Origin: Capsulimonadaceae bacterium
Lineage (GTDB): Bacteria > Armatimonadota > Armatimonadia > Armatimonadales > Capsulimonadaceae
Direction of reading: 5' to 3'
Assembly (NCBI GenBank): GCA_965215505.1
Contig: OZ244065.1
Span: forward strand, 4,096,001 to 4,160,000
Length of the DNA: 64,000 nt
Under the pieces are notes generated by a model that was given only the letters and a program-made list of their open reading frames with translations, was not told the DNA's origin and did no database searches. Made by a program: the position numbers and the translations under genes. Below are positions 23,353 through 33,583 of this stretch, piece after piece. Position 1 is the first letter of the stretch, and each line of letters begins with the position of its first letter.

Positions 23353-24537
23353 ATGGACATCGAAGAACTGCTCCGCAAAACCGTACACAGCCAGGCCTCC
23401 GACCTGCACCTTACCGTTGGGGCACCGCCTACGGTCCGCCTGCACGGGGAGATGCGGAAACTCCCGTACCCCGAGCTGACCCGCGACATGCTGCGGATGA
23501 TGATGATCGGCATCCTGACCGGCGAGCAGCAGAACGTGTTTGAGGGTAAGCGCGACCTGGACTTCAGCATCGAGATCCCCGGCCTCGCCCGGTTCCGTGC
23601 GAACTTCTTCGTGGGCCGGCGCGGCGAGTCGGCGGTCTTCCGGGTCATCCCGACCGAGATCAAGTCATTCACCGACCTGGGCCTGCCGCCCGTCCTGGCC
23701 GAGTTCGCGCGTGAGGAGCGCGGGCTGGTGCTGGTGACCGGGCCGACCGGCTCGGGAAAGTCCACCACCCTAGCTGCCATGGTGGACCTCATCAACAATG
23801 AGCGGGCCGCGCACATCCTGACCGTGGAAGACCCCATCGAGTTTGTCCACCCGCACAAGAAGTGCCTGGTCAACCAGCGCGAAGTGAAGGTGCATACCGA
23901 GTCGTTCGCCTCCGCCCTGCGCGCCGCCCTGCGCGAAGACCCCGACGTCATCCTCGTCGGGGAGATGCGCGACCTGGAGACGATCTCCCTGGCCGTCTCA
24001 GCCGCCGAGACGGGCCACCTCGTTTTTGGGACGCTGCACACGTCGTCCGCCGCCCAGACGGTGGACCGCATCATTGACGTCTTCCCGCCCCATCAGCAGT
24101 CCCAGATCCGCACCCAACTCTCCGAGTCGCTGCAAGGGGTCATCGCTCAGACACTCGTCGCGAAGGTCGGCGGGGGCCGGGTGGCGGCTCTGGAGATCAT
24201 GAAGACGACGGCCGCCGTCAAGAACCTGATCCGCGAGGGCAAGACATTCCAACTGCCGTCTATTATCGAGACCGGCTCCAATGTCGGGATGCAGACGTTG
24301 GGACAGGCCTTGCAGGAACTGGTGATCAAAGGCAAGATCACGCCGGACAACGCCGTCGCCAAGGGGCTGGACCCCGCCCTGCTCAACTCGCTGCGGCTTG
24401 GGACGCCGACCATGATGAACGGCGATCCGCCTCCCCCCTCCGCGCCGCCCCTGCCGGCCGCACTCTACAGGGACGATGACGACGATGATCTGGGCGACTT
24501 GAAGCCGCTCGCCTCGCCGTTCTCGTTCCGGCGGTAG
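23353..24537 (+). CDS. pilT: Type IV pilus retraction ATPase PilT
   Basis: ASDLHL, GPTGSGKSTT, EDPIE, ALREDPDVILVGEMRD, AVKNLIRE. Confidence 0.93.
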   Translation: MDIEELLRKTVHSQASDLHLTVGAPPTVRLHGEMRKLPYPELTRDMLRMMMIGILTGEQQNVFEGKRDLDFSIEIPGLARFRANFFVGRRGESAVFRVIPTEIKSFTDLGLPPVLAEFAREERGLVLVTGPTGSGKSTTLAAMVDLINNERAAHILTVEDPIEFVHPHKKCLVNQREVKVHTESFASALRAALREDPDVILVGEMRDLETISLAVSAAETGHLVFGTLHTSSAAQTVDRIIDVFPPHQQSQIRTQLSESLQGVIAQTLVAKVGGGRVAALEIMKTTAAVKNLIREGKTFQLPSIIETGSNVGMQTLGQALQELVIKGKITPDNAVAKGLDPALLNSLRLGTPTMMNGDPPPPSAPPLPAALYRDDDDDDLGDLKPLASPFSFRR

Positions 24538-24548
24538 GCCGACACGAC

Positions 24549-24578
24549 AAAAAGGGCCGACACTGAAAGTGTCGGCCC
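24549..24578 (-). terminator. Terminator between convergent genes
   Basis: aaaaa-gggccgacac-tgaaa-gtgtcggccc. Confidence 0.7.
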
Positions 24579-24593
24579 CTCCCCTTTGCCACC

Positions 24594-25664
24594 CTACTTC
24601 TCCCGGTACGCCATCAGCCCGTTCTTTCCTGCCACCTTCCCCCTTATAGGCGGGTAAAGCCCGCGCTGGGCGATCACCGTCTCCGTCGCCTCGCGCGCAA
24701 TCTGCGTGGCCCGAAGGCCGTCATATCCGGTCGGCAGCTCGCCCGGATCGCCTGTTTCCAGGGCATGCGCGAAAGCCGCATACATCCCTTCAAAGTTCTT
24801 CTCGCTCGCGCCCGGCAGGTTGTGTGTCCCGTAGCGGTTCCGCAGCTCGAACATCCAGCCGTCCCGGTCATAGCGTATCACGCCTTCCGTGCCGATCACA
24901 TGATAGGAGAAGTGGGCCAGCGGGTTTCGCGCCGTGTGACCATAGGAGAAGCTCATCTCGGCCATCGTGTGCGCCCCGTTCTCATGATCCAGGTGCAGCC
25001 ACATGTGGTCGGGTGCCTCGTAGTCCTCCACCCAGGCCCCTGCCGCCTGATAATGCGCCACGTCCGAGTCCAGCCACCACCGCGCCAGGTCTATCTGGTG
25101 GACGCCGCAGTCCACCATCGGTCCGCCCTCCTCCATACGCCCCTGCCAATACGGATTTGGCTCGCTCTGCCCCATCGGCGTCACCCGGTCGCGCCCGTGC
25201 AGGCTCCAAATGTAGACCAGGCGCAGCGACCGCACCGACCCGATGGCACCGTCCTGGACCAGCCGCTTGATGTTCTGGGCCACCGGACTAAACCGATAGC
25301 AGAAGCCGGTCGCCAGCAGCAAACCTGCCGCGTCCATCGTCTGGATCATGAACTCGGCGTCCCCGTCGGTCATCGCCAGCGGCTTCTCGCACAGGACGGG
25401 CAGCCCGTGCCGGGCGGCCTCCGCCACGTTCTGCCGGTGCGCGGGCGCGGCCGAGGTCACGACGACGGCGTCCAGGCCCGACTCGAAGAACATGTCACTG
25501 ACCGCGTAGCCGTGCGGGATGCCGAACTTGTGCTGCAAACCGTAAGCCCGCTCCGGGTCCGGGTCATAAACGGCCCATACCTCCAGGCCCTCCGTCGCGA
25601 GCATGGCCGGGATGTGTCCATACTCCGCGATCATGCCGCATCCCATCAGTCCGATTTTCTTCAT
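24594..25664 (-). CDS. Gfo/Idh/MocA family oxidoreductase
   Basis: KIGLMGCGMIA, VLCEKPLA, DCGVHQID. Confidence 0.9.
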   Translation of the reverse strand: MKKIGLMGCGMIAEYGHIPAMLATEGLEVWAVYDPDPERAYGLQHKFGIPHGYAVSDMFFESGLDAVVVTSAAPAHRQNVAEAARHGLPVLCEKPLAMTDGDAEFMIQTMDAAGLLLATGFCYRFSPVAQNIKRLVQDGAIGSVRSLRLVYIWSLHGRDRVTPMGQSEPNPYWQGRMEEGGPMVDCGVHQIDLARWWLDSDVAHYQAAGAWVEDYEAPDHMWLHLDHENGAHTMAEMSFSYGHTARNPLAHFSYHVIGTEGVIRYDRDGWMFELRNRYGTHNLPGASEKNFEGMYAAFAHALETGDPGELPTGYDGLRATQIAREATETVIAQRGLYPPIRGKVAGKNGLMAYREK

Positions 25665-25907
25665 AGATGCCATACACGTCTTCCAAAAGCATTCGCCACT
25701 GTCTAACAGTCGCATGGGCCATTCAGTTCCCCTGCTCGTCTGCTTTATGATGGTTCCCCACCGTATAATGGGCAAAACGCGGTGCGCTCTTCAGGAGGCC
25801 CCGGCCATGGCCCGCTCCCCTATGCCCCGGTCACAACAAAGCTATGACCGGCCGGGTATAATCGAGGCACCTTTTCAGGACGCAGCTACAGTGAAAGGAT
25901 ACATGAG

Positions 25908-26126
25908 ATGGCGACGCAAACATTGGAAGACCGCCTGGCGACGTTGGAAAACGAACTCGCACAGATCAAGCAACAGCTCGCCGCAGAAAGACCACAGACT
26001 GCCGTAACCGGGTGGGAAAAGATCTTCGGCAGTTTCGCCAACAGCGAAGGGTTCGAGGAGGCGACTCGGCTTGGGCGCGAATACCGTGAAGCGCAAAACA
26101 GGGCAGATGACAAAGAAGCGACATGA
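25908..26126 (+). CDS. Putative antitoxin (coiled-coil N-terminus)
   Basis: 72 aa; ATGA overlap with the downstream PIN gene; TLEDRLATLENELAQIKQ...WEKIFGSF. Confidence 0.75.
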   Translation: MATQTLEDRLATLENELAQIKQQLAAERPQTAVTGWEKIFGSFANSEGFEEATRLGREYREAQNRADDKEAT

Positions 26127-26548
26127 TGGTCATTCTCGACACTGATCACATAAGTCTGTTGCAGCGCGGAGGCGCGGAAGGACGCCGTATCCGGCTACGA
26201 TTACGCGCTCTCCCACTGGATGATATCGCCACCACCATCGTCAGTTATGAGGAACAAACGAGCGGCTGGCTCGGCCGCCTTGCAGGGCTGAACAGCCTGG
26301 AGCGGCAGACATTCGACTACAGCGAACTCAAAAAACTACTTCACGACTACTGCAATATCGCCGTTCAAGATTTTGATGCAGGGGCTGCCGCCGAGTTCCA
26401 ACGGCTCCGTGCCACGAAAATCCGGGTCGGGACGATGGACCTTAAGATTGCCGCCATCACCCTCGCCATCAACGCCACTCTCTTGACCCGCAACATGGTT
26501 GATTTCGGAAAGGTCCCTGACCTCCGCGTCGAAGACTGGTCTGTGTGA
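26123..26548 (+). CDS. vapC: VapC family PIN toxin
   Basis: ILDTDHIS, SYEEQ, TMDLKIAA, LTRNMVDFGKVPDL. Confidence 0.92.
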   Translation: MMVILDTDHISLLQRGGAEGRRIRLRLRALPLDDIATTIVSYEEQTSGWLGRLAGLNSLERQTFDYSELKKLLHDYCNIAVQDFDAGAAAEFQRLRATKIRVGTMDLKIAAITLAINATLLTRNMVDFGKVPDLRVEDWSV

Positions 26549-26641
26549 ACCGCCCGCTGCTGCCCCGTAGCCAATCCCGCGCCCCCACAGGTATACTCTC
26601 CCTAAAGCCGCAGTCAATCGGATTCAATCGGAGACTCCCCC

Positions 26642-28327
26642 ATGTCCTATGACCCCAAAGCGCGAAGCCGCGTCATCACCGAGGGGCGCGACCGCGCCGC
26701 CGCCCGCTCCTACCTCAAAGCCACCGGGCTGTCCGACGACGACATCAAGAAGCCGATCATCGGCGTCGCCTCCACTTGGATCGGCACCATGCCGTGCAAC
26801 CTCAACCTGCGCGCGCTAGCCCAAAAAGTCATGCAGGGCATCCGGGAGGCGGGCGCGACCCCGCAAGAGTTCAACACCATCGCCATCAGCGACGGCATCA
26901 CGATGGGGACCGAGGGCATGAAGACGTCGCTCATCAGCCGTGAGGTCATCGCCGACTCCATCGAGCTGGTCGCGCGGGGGCATATGTTCGACGCCGTGAT
27001 CGCCCTGGTCGGCTGCGACAAGACCGCGCCCGGCGCGGCCATGGCTCTGGCCCGGCTGGACATTCCCGGAATGCTGCTCTACGGCGGCTCCATCGCGCCA
27101 GGCCGCTACAAGGGCCGCGACATCACCATCCAGGACGTCTTCGAAGGGGTCGGCGCGGCCCACGCCGGCAAGATCACCGATGACGACCTGCGTGAGCTGG
27201 AGGACGCCGCCTGTCCCGGCGCGGGTTCGTGCGGCGGCCAGTTCACCGCAAATACCATGGCGATCGTTATGGAGTTCCTGGGGCTGGCCGCCCTCGGCTC
27301 GGCGGGCGTCCCCGCCGTGGACCCGCGCAAGGATGACATCGGCGTCCAGGCCGGCCACATGATCGTCAGCCTCCTGAAGAGCGGCGTCAAGACAAGCGAC
27401 ATCCTGACCAAAGAGGCATTCGAAAATGCCATCGCGGCGGCGGCGGCGACGGGTGGCTCGACGAACTCCGTCCTGCACCTGCTCGCTTTGGCCCGCGAGG
27501 CGAACATCCCCCTCTCCATGGACGACTTCAACCGTGTCTCCGCCCGCACCCCGGTCATCACGGACCTGACGCCCGGCGGCCATTATGTCGCCACCGACAT
27601 GCACTACGCGGGCGGGACGCGGCTCGTCGCCAAGAACCTCCTGGCGGCGGGCCTGCTGCACGGTGACCGGCCCACGCCCTCGGGCCGGACGCTGGCCGAG
27701 GAAGCCGCCGGGGCCGAGGAGGCACCCGGCCAGAAGGTCATCTCCACGGTCGCGAACGCCTTCAAGCCGCGTGGGGGCATCGTCATCCTGCACGGCAATC
27801 TCGCACCCGAGGGCGCGGTCATCAAGCTGGCTGGGACCGAGAAGACGCGGTTCACCGGCCCCGCCCGCGTCTTCGACCGCGAGGAGGACGCCATGGAGGC
27901 CGTCAAGGCCCGCCGCGTCCAGCCGGGCGATGTCGTCATCATCCGCTACGAAGGCCCCAAGGGCGGGCCGGGGATGCGCGAGATGCTGGGCGTTACCGCC
28001 GCCCTCGTCGGGCAGGGCCTGGGCGGCGACGTTGCCCTGCTGACCGACGGCCGCTTCTCGGGCGCGACGCGGGGCCTGATGGTCGGCCATGTCGCCCCCG
28101 AGGCCAGCGTCGGCGGCCCCATCGCCCTCTTGCTGGAAGGCGACACGGTGACGCTGGACGTCGAGAGGGGCCTCCTCCACGCCGACGTGTCCGACGAAGA
28201 ACTGGCCCGACGCCGCGAAGGCTGGACCGCGCCCGCGCCGCACTATACGACCGGCGTCATGGCGAAGTACGCCGCCTCCGTGACCTCCGCCTCCGAGGGT
28301 GCGGTGACGGTGGCGGTGTTCCATTAA
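26642..28327 (+). CDS. ilvD: Dihydroxy-acid dehydratase
   Basis: [36 protein letters not shown]. Confidence 0.96.
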   Translation: MSYDPKARSRVITEGRDRAAARSYLKATGLSDDDIKKPIIGVASTWIGTMPCNLNLRALAQKVMQGIREAGATPQEFNTIAISDGITMGTEGMKTSLISREVIADSIELVARGHMFDAVIALVGCDKTAPGAAMALARLDIPGMLLYGGSIAPGRYKGRDITIQDVFEGVGAAHAGKITDDDLRELEDAACPGAGSCGGQFTANTMAIVMEFLGLAALGSAGVPAVDPRKDDIGVQAGHMIVSLLKSGVKTSDILTKEAFENAIAAAAATGGSTNSVLHLLALAREANIPLSMDDFNRVSARTPVITDLTPGGHYVATDMHYAGGTRLVAKNLLAAGLLHGDRPTPSGRTLAEEAAGAEEAPGQKVISTVANAFKPRGGIVILHGNLAPEGAVIKLAGTEKTRFTGPARVFDREEDAMEAVKARRVQPGDVVIIRYEGPKGGPGMREMLGVTAALVGQGLGGDVALLTDGRFSGATRGLMVGHVAPEASVGGPIALLLEGDTVTLDVERGLLHADVSDEELARRREGWTAPAPHYTTGVMAKYAASVTSASEGAVTVAVFH

Positions 28328-28372
28328 AGGCCCGTAGAGGTCCCATGAGAAACGCCGCCGGCTAGGAATATC

Positions 28373-29179
28373 ATGAAAACACCTCATCAACTCCATGTGC
28401 TGAAAAATCTGGGGCTGCGGGACGCGCTGACATACAAATTCGCCGACCCCTGGTACGGACTGCTGTCCAGGCTGGGCCTTTCCGCGCCGGGCAAGACCTA
28501 CTCGCTCCATGTCAGAGGCGACCAGTGGCCGGTCCACCTCCGCGCGAACAGCAGCGACGGCAACGCGTTCCGCATGATCTACATGGATCATGAGTATGGC
28601 GCTCTGGATGGCCTGGACGACGTGAAACTGATCGTAGACTGCGGGGCGAATGCCGGCTTCGCGTCTACTTACTTCCTGAACCGCTATCCGCAGGCACATG
28701 TGATCGCCGTCGAGCCTGACGACCGCAATGTGGAGATGCTGCGCCGTAACTTGCAGCCGTATGGAAACCGCACTACGATCTATCCGACCGGCGTCTGGTC
28801 GCACACCACGGGTCTGGTCGTCAGCAAGGGCCAGCACGGCGACCAAAAGGAATGGTCCACGCAAGTCCGGGAGTGTCGCGCCGGCGAAACCGCCGACATC
28901 CAGGCGATGGACCTCCAGACGATCCTCCAACGGTCCGGCTTTGATGCCATAGACCTGCTCAAAGTGGACATCGAGCGCTCCGAAACCGAAGTGTTCTCCC
29001 ACAACTACGAAGCCTGGCTGAACCGGACGCGCAGCATCGTGATCGAGCTGCACGACGGCGACTGTGAGCGGATATTCTTCCAGGCGCTGTCGCCTTACGT
29101 CTACGCCCTCTCGCGGTTCGGGGAGGTGACCATCTGCCAGGCGCTCCGGCCCGCTGCCGGAGGAGCCGCGCCCGAGTGA
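28373..29179 (+). CDS. FkbM family methyltransferase
   Basis: IVDCGANAG, VIAVEPD, IDLLKVDIE. Confidence 0.88.
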   Translation: MKTPHQLHVLKNLGLRDALTYKFADPWYGLLSRLGLSAPGKTYSLHVRGDQWPVHLRANSSDGNAFRMIYMDHEYGALDGLDDVKLIVDCGANAGFASTYFLNRYPQAHVIAVEPDDRNVEMLRRNLQPYGNRTTIYPTGVWSHTTGLVVSKGQHGDQKEWSTQVRECRAGETADIQAMDLQTILQRSGFDAIDLLKVDIERSETEVFSHNYEAWLNRTRSIVIELHDGDCERIFFQALSPYVYALSRFGEVTICQALRPAAGGAAPE

Positions 29180-29240
29180 GACGCGGCGCAGTGAGACGCC
29201 AAACAAGGGCCTAGCCTCGCTCTCAGGCCATCGCCCGCCC

Positions 29241-29573
29241 CTACATGCTCACCTTGTCCAGTGAGTTGATCATCTGCACCCCATGCACGAGGGCTGCCCC
29301 GCCCCGGACGCTGGCGGCGACGTGCAGGGCCTCGGTCATCTGCCCCGCGTTCGACCCCGACTCCAGGCACTGCTGCGCGAACGAGTCGATGCAGTAGGGG
29401 CACTGCAAGGCGTGGGCCACCGCCAGCCCGATCAGCGCCTTCTCCCGCCGGGACAGCTCCCCCTCCGCCAATGTCGCCCCGTACCAATCCATGAATTTGG
29501 CGAACAGGTCGGGCCGCTCCCGCCCCACCTCGCCGAACCGGTTTAGGTCCTTCTCCTCGTAATAGTCTGCCAT
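29241..29573 (-). CDS. AhpD/CMD family peroxidase-like protein
   Basis: REKALIGLAVAHALQCPYCID...GGAALVHGVQM. Confidence 0.88.
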   Translation of the reverse strand: MADYYEEKDLNRFGEVGRERPDLFAKFMDWYGATLAEGELSRREKALIGLAVAHALQCPYCIDSFAQQCLESGSNAGQMTEALHVAASVRGGAALVHGVQMINSLDKVSM

Positions 29574-29667
29574 CGTTCATGCCGCCTTTCGCCTCAGAGA
29601 TAGCCCATTGTACCACCGGCTTGACAACGGCAAAGCGCGCGGCCCATACTACTGTAGGAGGCCAGCC

Positions 29668-30268
29668 ATGACAGTCGCGACACAGACGAAAACCAGTTAC
29701 GAAGAGTTTCTGGAATGGGCCGACGAAGACCAACACGTCGAGTGGGTCGAGGGGGAGGTCGTTTCTCTCGGTCCAGTCACCGAACGGCATCAAAACATCG
29801 CCTGCTTCCTGTTGATACTACTGCGGACGTATTCGGAAGAGCGTGTGCCGGGCGTGGTTCGCACCCGGCCATTCCAGATGAAGATGGCCCCCGATCTGCC
29901 GGGGCGTTCTCCTGACCTCCTGTCTATCGGTCGTGCGTGCCCCTCACGCCTGAGAGATGTATTTGGACGGCCCCGCCGACCTAGCCGTGGAGATCATCAG
30001 CCCGGAAAGCCGGGCGCGGGACCGGGGCGACAAGTTCTACGAGTACGAGCAGGGCGGCGTCCCTGAATACTGGCTGATTGACCCGGTGCGCGAGCAGGCC
30101 GAGTTCTGCCAGCGCGGCGCGAACGGTTTCTACTTCCCCGTCGCACCCGACGCGCAGGGCCGCTACTACAGTGCCGTCATGGCGGGCTTGTGGCTGCAAG
30201 TAGACTGGCTCTGGCAAACACCCCTGCCGCCGCTGCTGGACGTGCTGAAGGCGTGGGGTCTGGTCTAG
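29668..30268 (+). pseudogene. Uma2 (DUF820) family endonuclease, frameshifted
   Basis: N-half (EWVEGEV...HQ...RSPDL) in one frame; C-half (GPADLAVEIISP...DK...YEQGGVPEYWLIDP) in the +1 frame; switch near 29950-29958. Confidence 0.8.
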
Positions 30269-30274
30269 CCGAGG

Positions 30275-30835
30275 ATGACTCCCAAAAAGCTGCTGATTCT
30301 AGACCTGGACGAGACTCTGGTCTTCGCCGCCGAGCGCCCCCTGGCGCGGGCGGCGGACTTCCTTGTGGGGCCGTACCACGTCTACAAGCGCCCCGGCCTG
30401 GCCGGTTTCCTGGACGTGTGCTTTGAGTTGTTCGATGTCGCCGTCTGGACATCCTCCTCGCCGCTCTACGCCGAGGAGGTCGTCGGGGCCATCTTCCCCG
30501 ACCCGTCCCGCCTCGTCTTCGTCTGGGCGAGTGACCGCTGTACGCCGGCCTATGACCCGGAGACGGGCGAACACTGCGCCCAGAAGAACCTGAAAAAGAT
30601 CAAGGGCCGCGGCTATCCCCTGGGGTCAGTCATCGCCGCAGACGACAGCCCGGCGAAGTGGCGGCAGAGCTACGGCAACCTGGTCCGGGTCGCGCCTTAC
30701 TACGGTGCGGAAGAGGACGCGGAGCTATCGCAGTTGGAGTCCTACCTCAGCTTCTTGGAAAGGCAGCCGGACGTTCGCGCCGTCGAGAAGAGGCAGTGGC
30801 GGCACCACGCCTCGGGTCCCAATCGGGTACAATAA
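30275..30835 (+). CDS. NIF/FCP1-like HAD phosphatase
   Basis: LLILDLDETLV, VYKRPGL, VWTSS, KNL, DDSP. Confidence 0.85.
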   Translation: MTPKKLLILDLDETLVFAAERPLARAADFLVGPYHVYKRPGLAGFLDVCFELFDVAVWTSSSPLYAEEVVGAIFPDPSRLVFVWASDRCTPAYDPETGEHCAQKNLKKIKGRGYPLGSVIAADDSPAKWRQSYGNLVRVAPYYGAEEDAELSQLESYLSFLERQPDVRAVEKRQWRHHASGPNRVQ

Positions 30836-30843
30836 GCCTACAC

Positions 30844-31482
30844 ATGGACCTGTACCCGATCCACCTCAACCTGCGAGGGCGGCGCTGCCTCCTCGTCGGC
30901 GGCGGGGCGGTCGCCGCCCGCAAAGCGGCGGGCCTCGTGGCGGCGGGGGCCGAGATCGTCCTCGTCTCGCCCGCCGCCGCGCCCGCCCTGGAAGCGATGG
31001 CCCAAGCTGGCGAGGTCGAGTGGCGGCGGGAGGTCTACGGAACCGGGCACCTCGACGGCGTGTTTCTAGTCATGGCCTGCACCGACGACCGCGCCGTCAA
31101 TGCCGCCGTGACGCGCGAGGCATCGGCGCGTAATCTGCTGGTGCTGTGCGCCGATGACCCGAGCGCGGGCAGTTTCGTTTCCCCGGCCACGGTCCGGCGC
31201 GGCGACCTGCTGCTGACGGTTTCCACCGGCGGGGCCGGGCCGACCTTGGCCGCCGTCCTGCGTGAGCGTTTGGAAGCCGAGTTCGGGCCGGAATGGGCGG
31301 AAATGGCTGAGGTCATCGGCGCGATGCGCGAAACTGTCAAAACGAACCCCGGCGAGGCCGCGCGCAAGGCCGCCGTCCGGCGCGTCCTGGACGACGCGAC
31401 CGTCCGCGATCTGCTGCGCGCAGGCGAACGATTAGAAGCGGAGACGCGGATACGAAGATGTCTCTCCTCGTCCTCGGAATAA
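30844..31482 (+). CDS. sirC: Precorrin-2 dehydrogenase / sirohydrochlorin ferrochelatase (CysG N-terminal/SirC type)
   Basis: LLVGGGAVAARK, ACTDDRAVN, VSTGGAGP. Confidence 0.85.
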   Translation: MDLYPIHLNLRGRRCLLVGGGAVAARKAAGLVAAGAEIVLVSPAAAPALEAMAQAGEVEWRREVYGTGHLDGVFLVMACTDDRAVNAAVTREASARNLLVLCADDPSAGSFVSPATVRRGDLLLTVSTGGAGPTLAAVLRERLEAEFGPEWAEMAEVIGAMRETVKTNPGEAARKAAVRRVLDDATVRDLLRAGERLEAETRIRRCLSSSSE

Positions 31483-32747
31483 ACCACACCAGCGCGCCCA
31501 TCGAGGTGCGCGAGAAGCTGGCGATCGGCGACCGCGAGCTGCCGCGCGCGCTCCGGGCTCTGACACGCCTGCCCGACGTGCGCGAGGGCGCCCTGCTGTC
31601 CACCTGCAACCGGACCGAGGCGTATGCAGTCGCCGCAGCCCACGCCGGGCCTCCCGAAGACGCCCTAGCCGAGTTCCTGGCGGGCTGGCACGGCCTGTCC
31701 CGGCGCGAGTTCGACGGCCACCTCTACTGCTACCGCGCGGGGGCGGCGGCGAACCACCTGTTCTCGGTCGCCTCGGGCTTGGACTCGATGATATTGGGCG
31801 AGCCGGACATCCAGCGCCAGGTCAAGACGGCGCTGGAAGCCGCCCAGGCCGCCCAGAGCATCGGGACCCGGCTGAACAGGCTGTTCCAGGAGGCTCTGGT
31901 CGCCGGCAAGCGCGCCCGGACCGAGACCGGCATCGCGCGCGGGACGTTCTCCGTCGGCGCGGCGGCCGTGGAGCTTGCGACCCAGATCTTCGGCGCGTCG
32001 TTGTCCGGCCACACCGTTCTGGTGCTGGGCGCGGGCAAGATGAGCGAGGTCACCGCCCGGCACCTCCAGGCGGCGGGTGCGCCCGCCGTGCTGGTCGCGA
32101 ACCGCACATTCGAAAAGGCCGAGGCGCTGGCCGGGCAGTTCGGCGGGACCGCCCGGCGCTTCGACGACCTGCCGCTTCTTTTGCAGACCGCCGACATCGT
32201 GGTCTGCTCCACGGCCGCCCCGCACCCCATCGTCACGCGCGCCTTGATGCAGGACGTCATGCGCGCCCGCCGGGGCCGCCCCCTGTACCTCGTGGACATC
32301 GCCGTCCCGCGCGACGTGGAGGCGGGCGTGGGCGAACTGGAAAACGCCTATCTGTATAACATCGATGATTTGCAGGAGTTGGTGGCCGGGGCGCGTCAGT
32401 CGCGGGCCGGCGAGATGGCGCGGGCGCGGGAGATCATCGAGGCTTCGGTCGCCGAATACGGCCGCTGGGAACGCTCTTTGGACGCCGCCCCGCTCGTCGT
32501 CGCCGTCCGCCGGAAGTTGGACGACGTCAAACAGGGGGAGCTGGATCGCCTGCGGACCCGCCTGCCCGGCCTGTCCGACAAGGACTGGCGCGCGGTCGAG
32601 GCCGCCATGGGGGCCTTGACCAACAAGATCGCTCACCCCGCCACCGTCGCCATCAAGGCCGCTTCGGAGGCGGAGGACGGCACGGCGGCAACGGATGCCA
32701 TCCGCCGCGCTTTCGGAGTGGAAGAAGCAGGGGAGGGGAACACATGA
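31458..32747 (+). CDS. hemA: Glutamyl-tRNA reductase
   Basis: LSTCNRTE, GLDSMILGE, LGAGKM, DIAVPRD. Confidence 0.96.
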   Translation: MSLLVLGINHTSAPIEVREKLAIGDRELPRALRALTRLPDVREGALLSTCNRTEAYAVAAAHAGPPEDALAEFLAGWHGLSRREFDGHLYCYRAGAAANHLFSVASGLDSMILGEPDIQRQVKTALEAAQAAQSIGTRLNRLFQEALVAGKRARTETGIARGTFSVGAAAVELATQIFGASLSGHTVLVLGAGKMSEVTARHLQAAGAPAVLVANRTFEKAEALAGQFGGTARRFDDLPLLLQTADIVVCSTAAPHPIVTRALMQDVMRARRGRPLYLVDIAVPRDVEAGVGELENAYLYNIDDLQELVAGARQSRAGEMARAREIIEASVAEYGRWERSLDAAPLVVAVRRKLDDVKQGELDRLRTRLPGLSDKDWRAVEAAMGALTNKIAHPATVAIKAASEAEDGTAATDAIRRAFGVEEAGEGNT

Positions 32748-33574
32748 CTGAAGCCGCCTTCCTCATCGCCGCCGCCGCGCTCTATCTGCTTGCCTCCGTC
32801 GCCTACGGCGCGTTCCTGTTCCTCCGTCTGCCTGCCCTGGCCCTGTCGGGGCGGCTCGCCACGATTTTGGCCGTCGGCCTGCACACCGTCGCCATCGGGG
32901 TCCACTGCGCGCGGACGCATCAGACGCCGTTCACGACGCCCGCCGAGACGCTGTCGGCGTCCGCCTGGGCCGTCGCCATCGCATATCTTGCTTTGGAGCT
33001 TTTGATGAAGCCCCGCCCGACCGCCCTGGGCGCGGTCGCCCTGCCCGCCGCCTTCCTGTGCCTGTTCGCCGGGGCCTTCCTGCATTCGGCCCAGCCCGCC
33101 GCGCTGACGGTGGCGACGCCGCTGCTGAACTCGCGCCTGGTCAGCCTGCACATCCTGGCGATCCTGTTCGCCTTCGGCCTGCTGGTCTTGGCCTTCGGCT
33201 GCGCCGCTTTGTACCTGGCCCAGCACCGGATGCTCAAGCGAAAGCGGCTCAAGAGTGGCCTGTTCGGCCTCCTGCCGCCGCTCGCCAGCCTGGACCACCT
33301 CGCCTTCGCCCTGGTCGCCTTCGCCTTCCCACTGCTGACGGTCGGCCTTGCGGCGGGCGTCGTGGAGGCGTTGGCCGGTGGCTTCGGCGGGCGCTGGGGC
33401 GCGGACCCGATGGTGCTGACCTCGGTCGTGACCTGGCTGGTCTACGGCGTCTATCTGGCCCTGCACGTCCTGGCCCAGTGGCGCGGCCCGCGGGCCAATT
33501 ACTTGCTCCTCGGCGGCCTGTGTGCCGCCCTTGTGACCTATTTCATCCCGACCACGACCCATCGGTTCGGGTAG
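32744..33574 (+). CDS. ccsA: Cytochrome c biogenesis CcsA/HemX-like membrane protein
   Basis: About 8 TM segments; LHI, LPPLASLD, WGADP; coupled to hemA. Confidence 0.8.
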   Translation: MTEAAFLIAAAALYLLASVAYGAFLFLRLPALALSGRLATILAVGLHTVAIGVHCARTHQTPFTTPAETLSASAWAVAIAYLALELLMKPRPTALGAVALPAAFLCLFAGAFLHSAQPAALTVATPLLNSRLVSLHILAILFAFGLLVLAFGCAALYLAQHRMLKRKRLKSGLFGLLPPLASLDHLAFALVAFAFPLLTVGLAAGVVEALAGGFGGRWGADPMVLTSVVTWLVYGVYLALHVLAQWRGPRANYLLLGGLCAALVTYFIPTTTHRFG

Positions 33575-33583
33575 GACTTCTCC

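Noticed and set aside
26816-29206. 796-aa minus-strand ORF (and similar long antisense ORFs such as 911..2458, 32633..34159 and 53594..54940)
   Set aside because: Shadow frames opposite well-supported genes in high-GC DNA; no recognisable motifs
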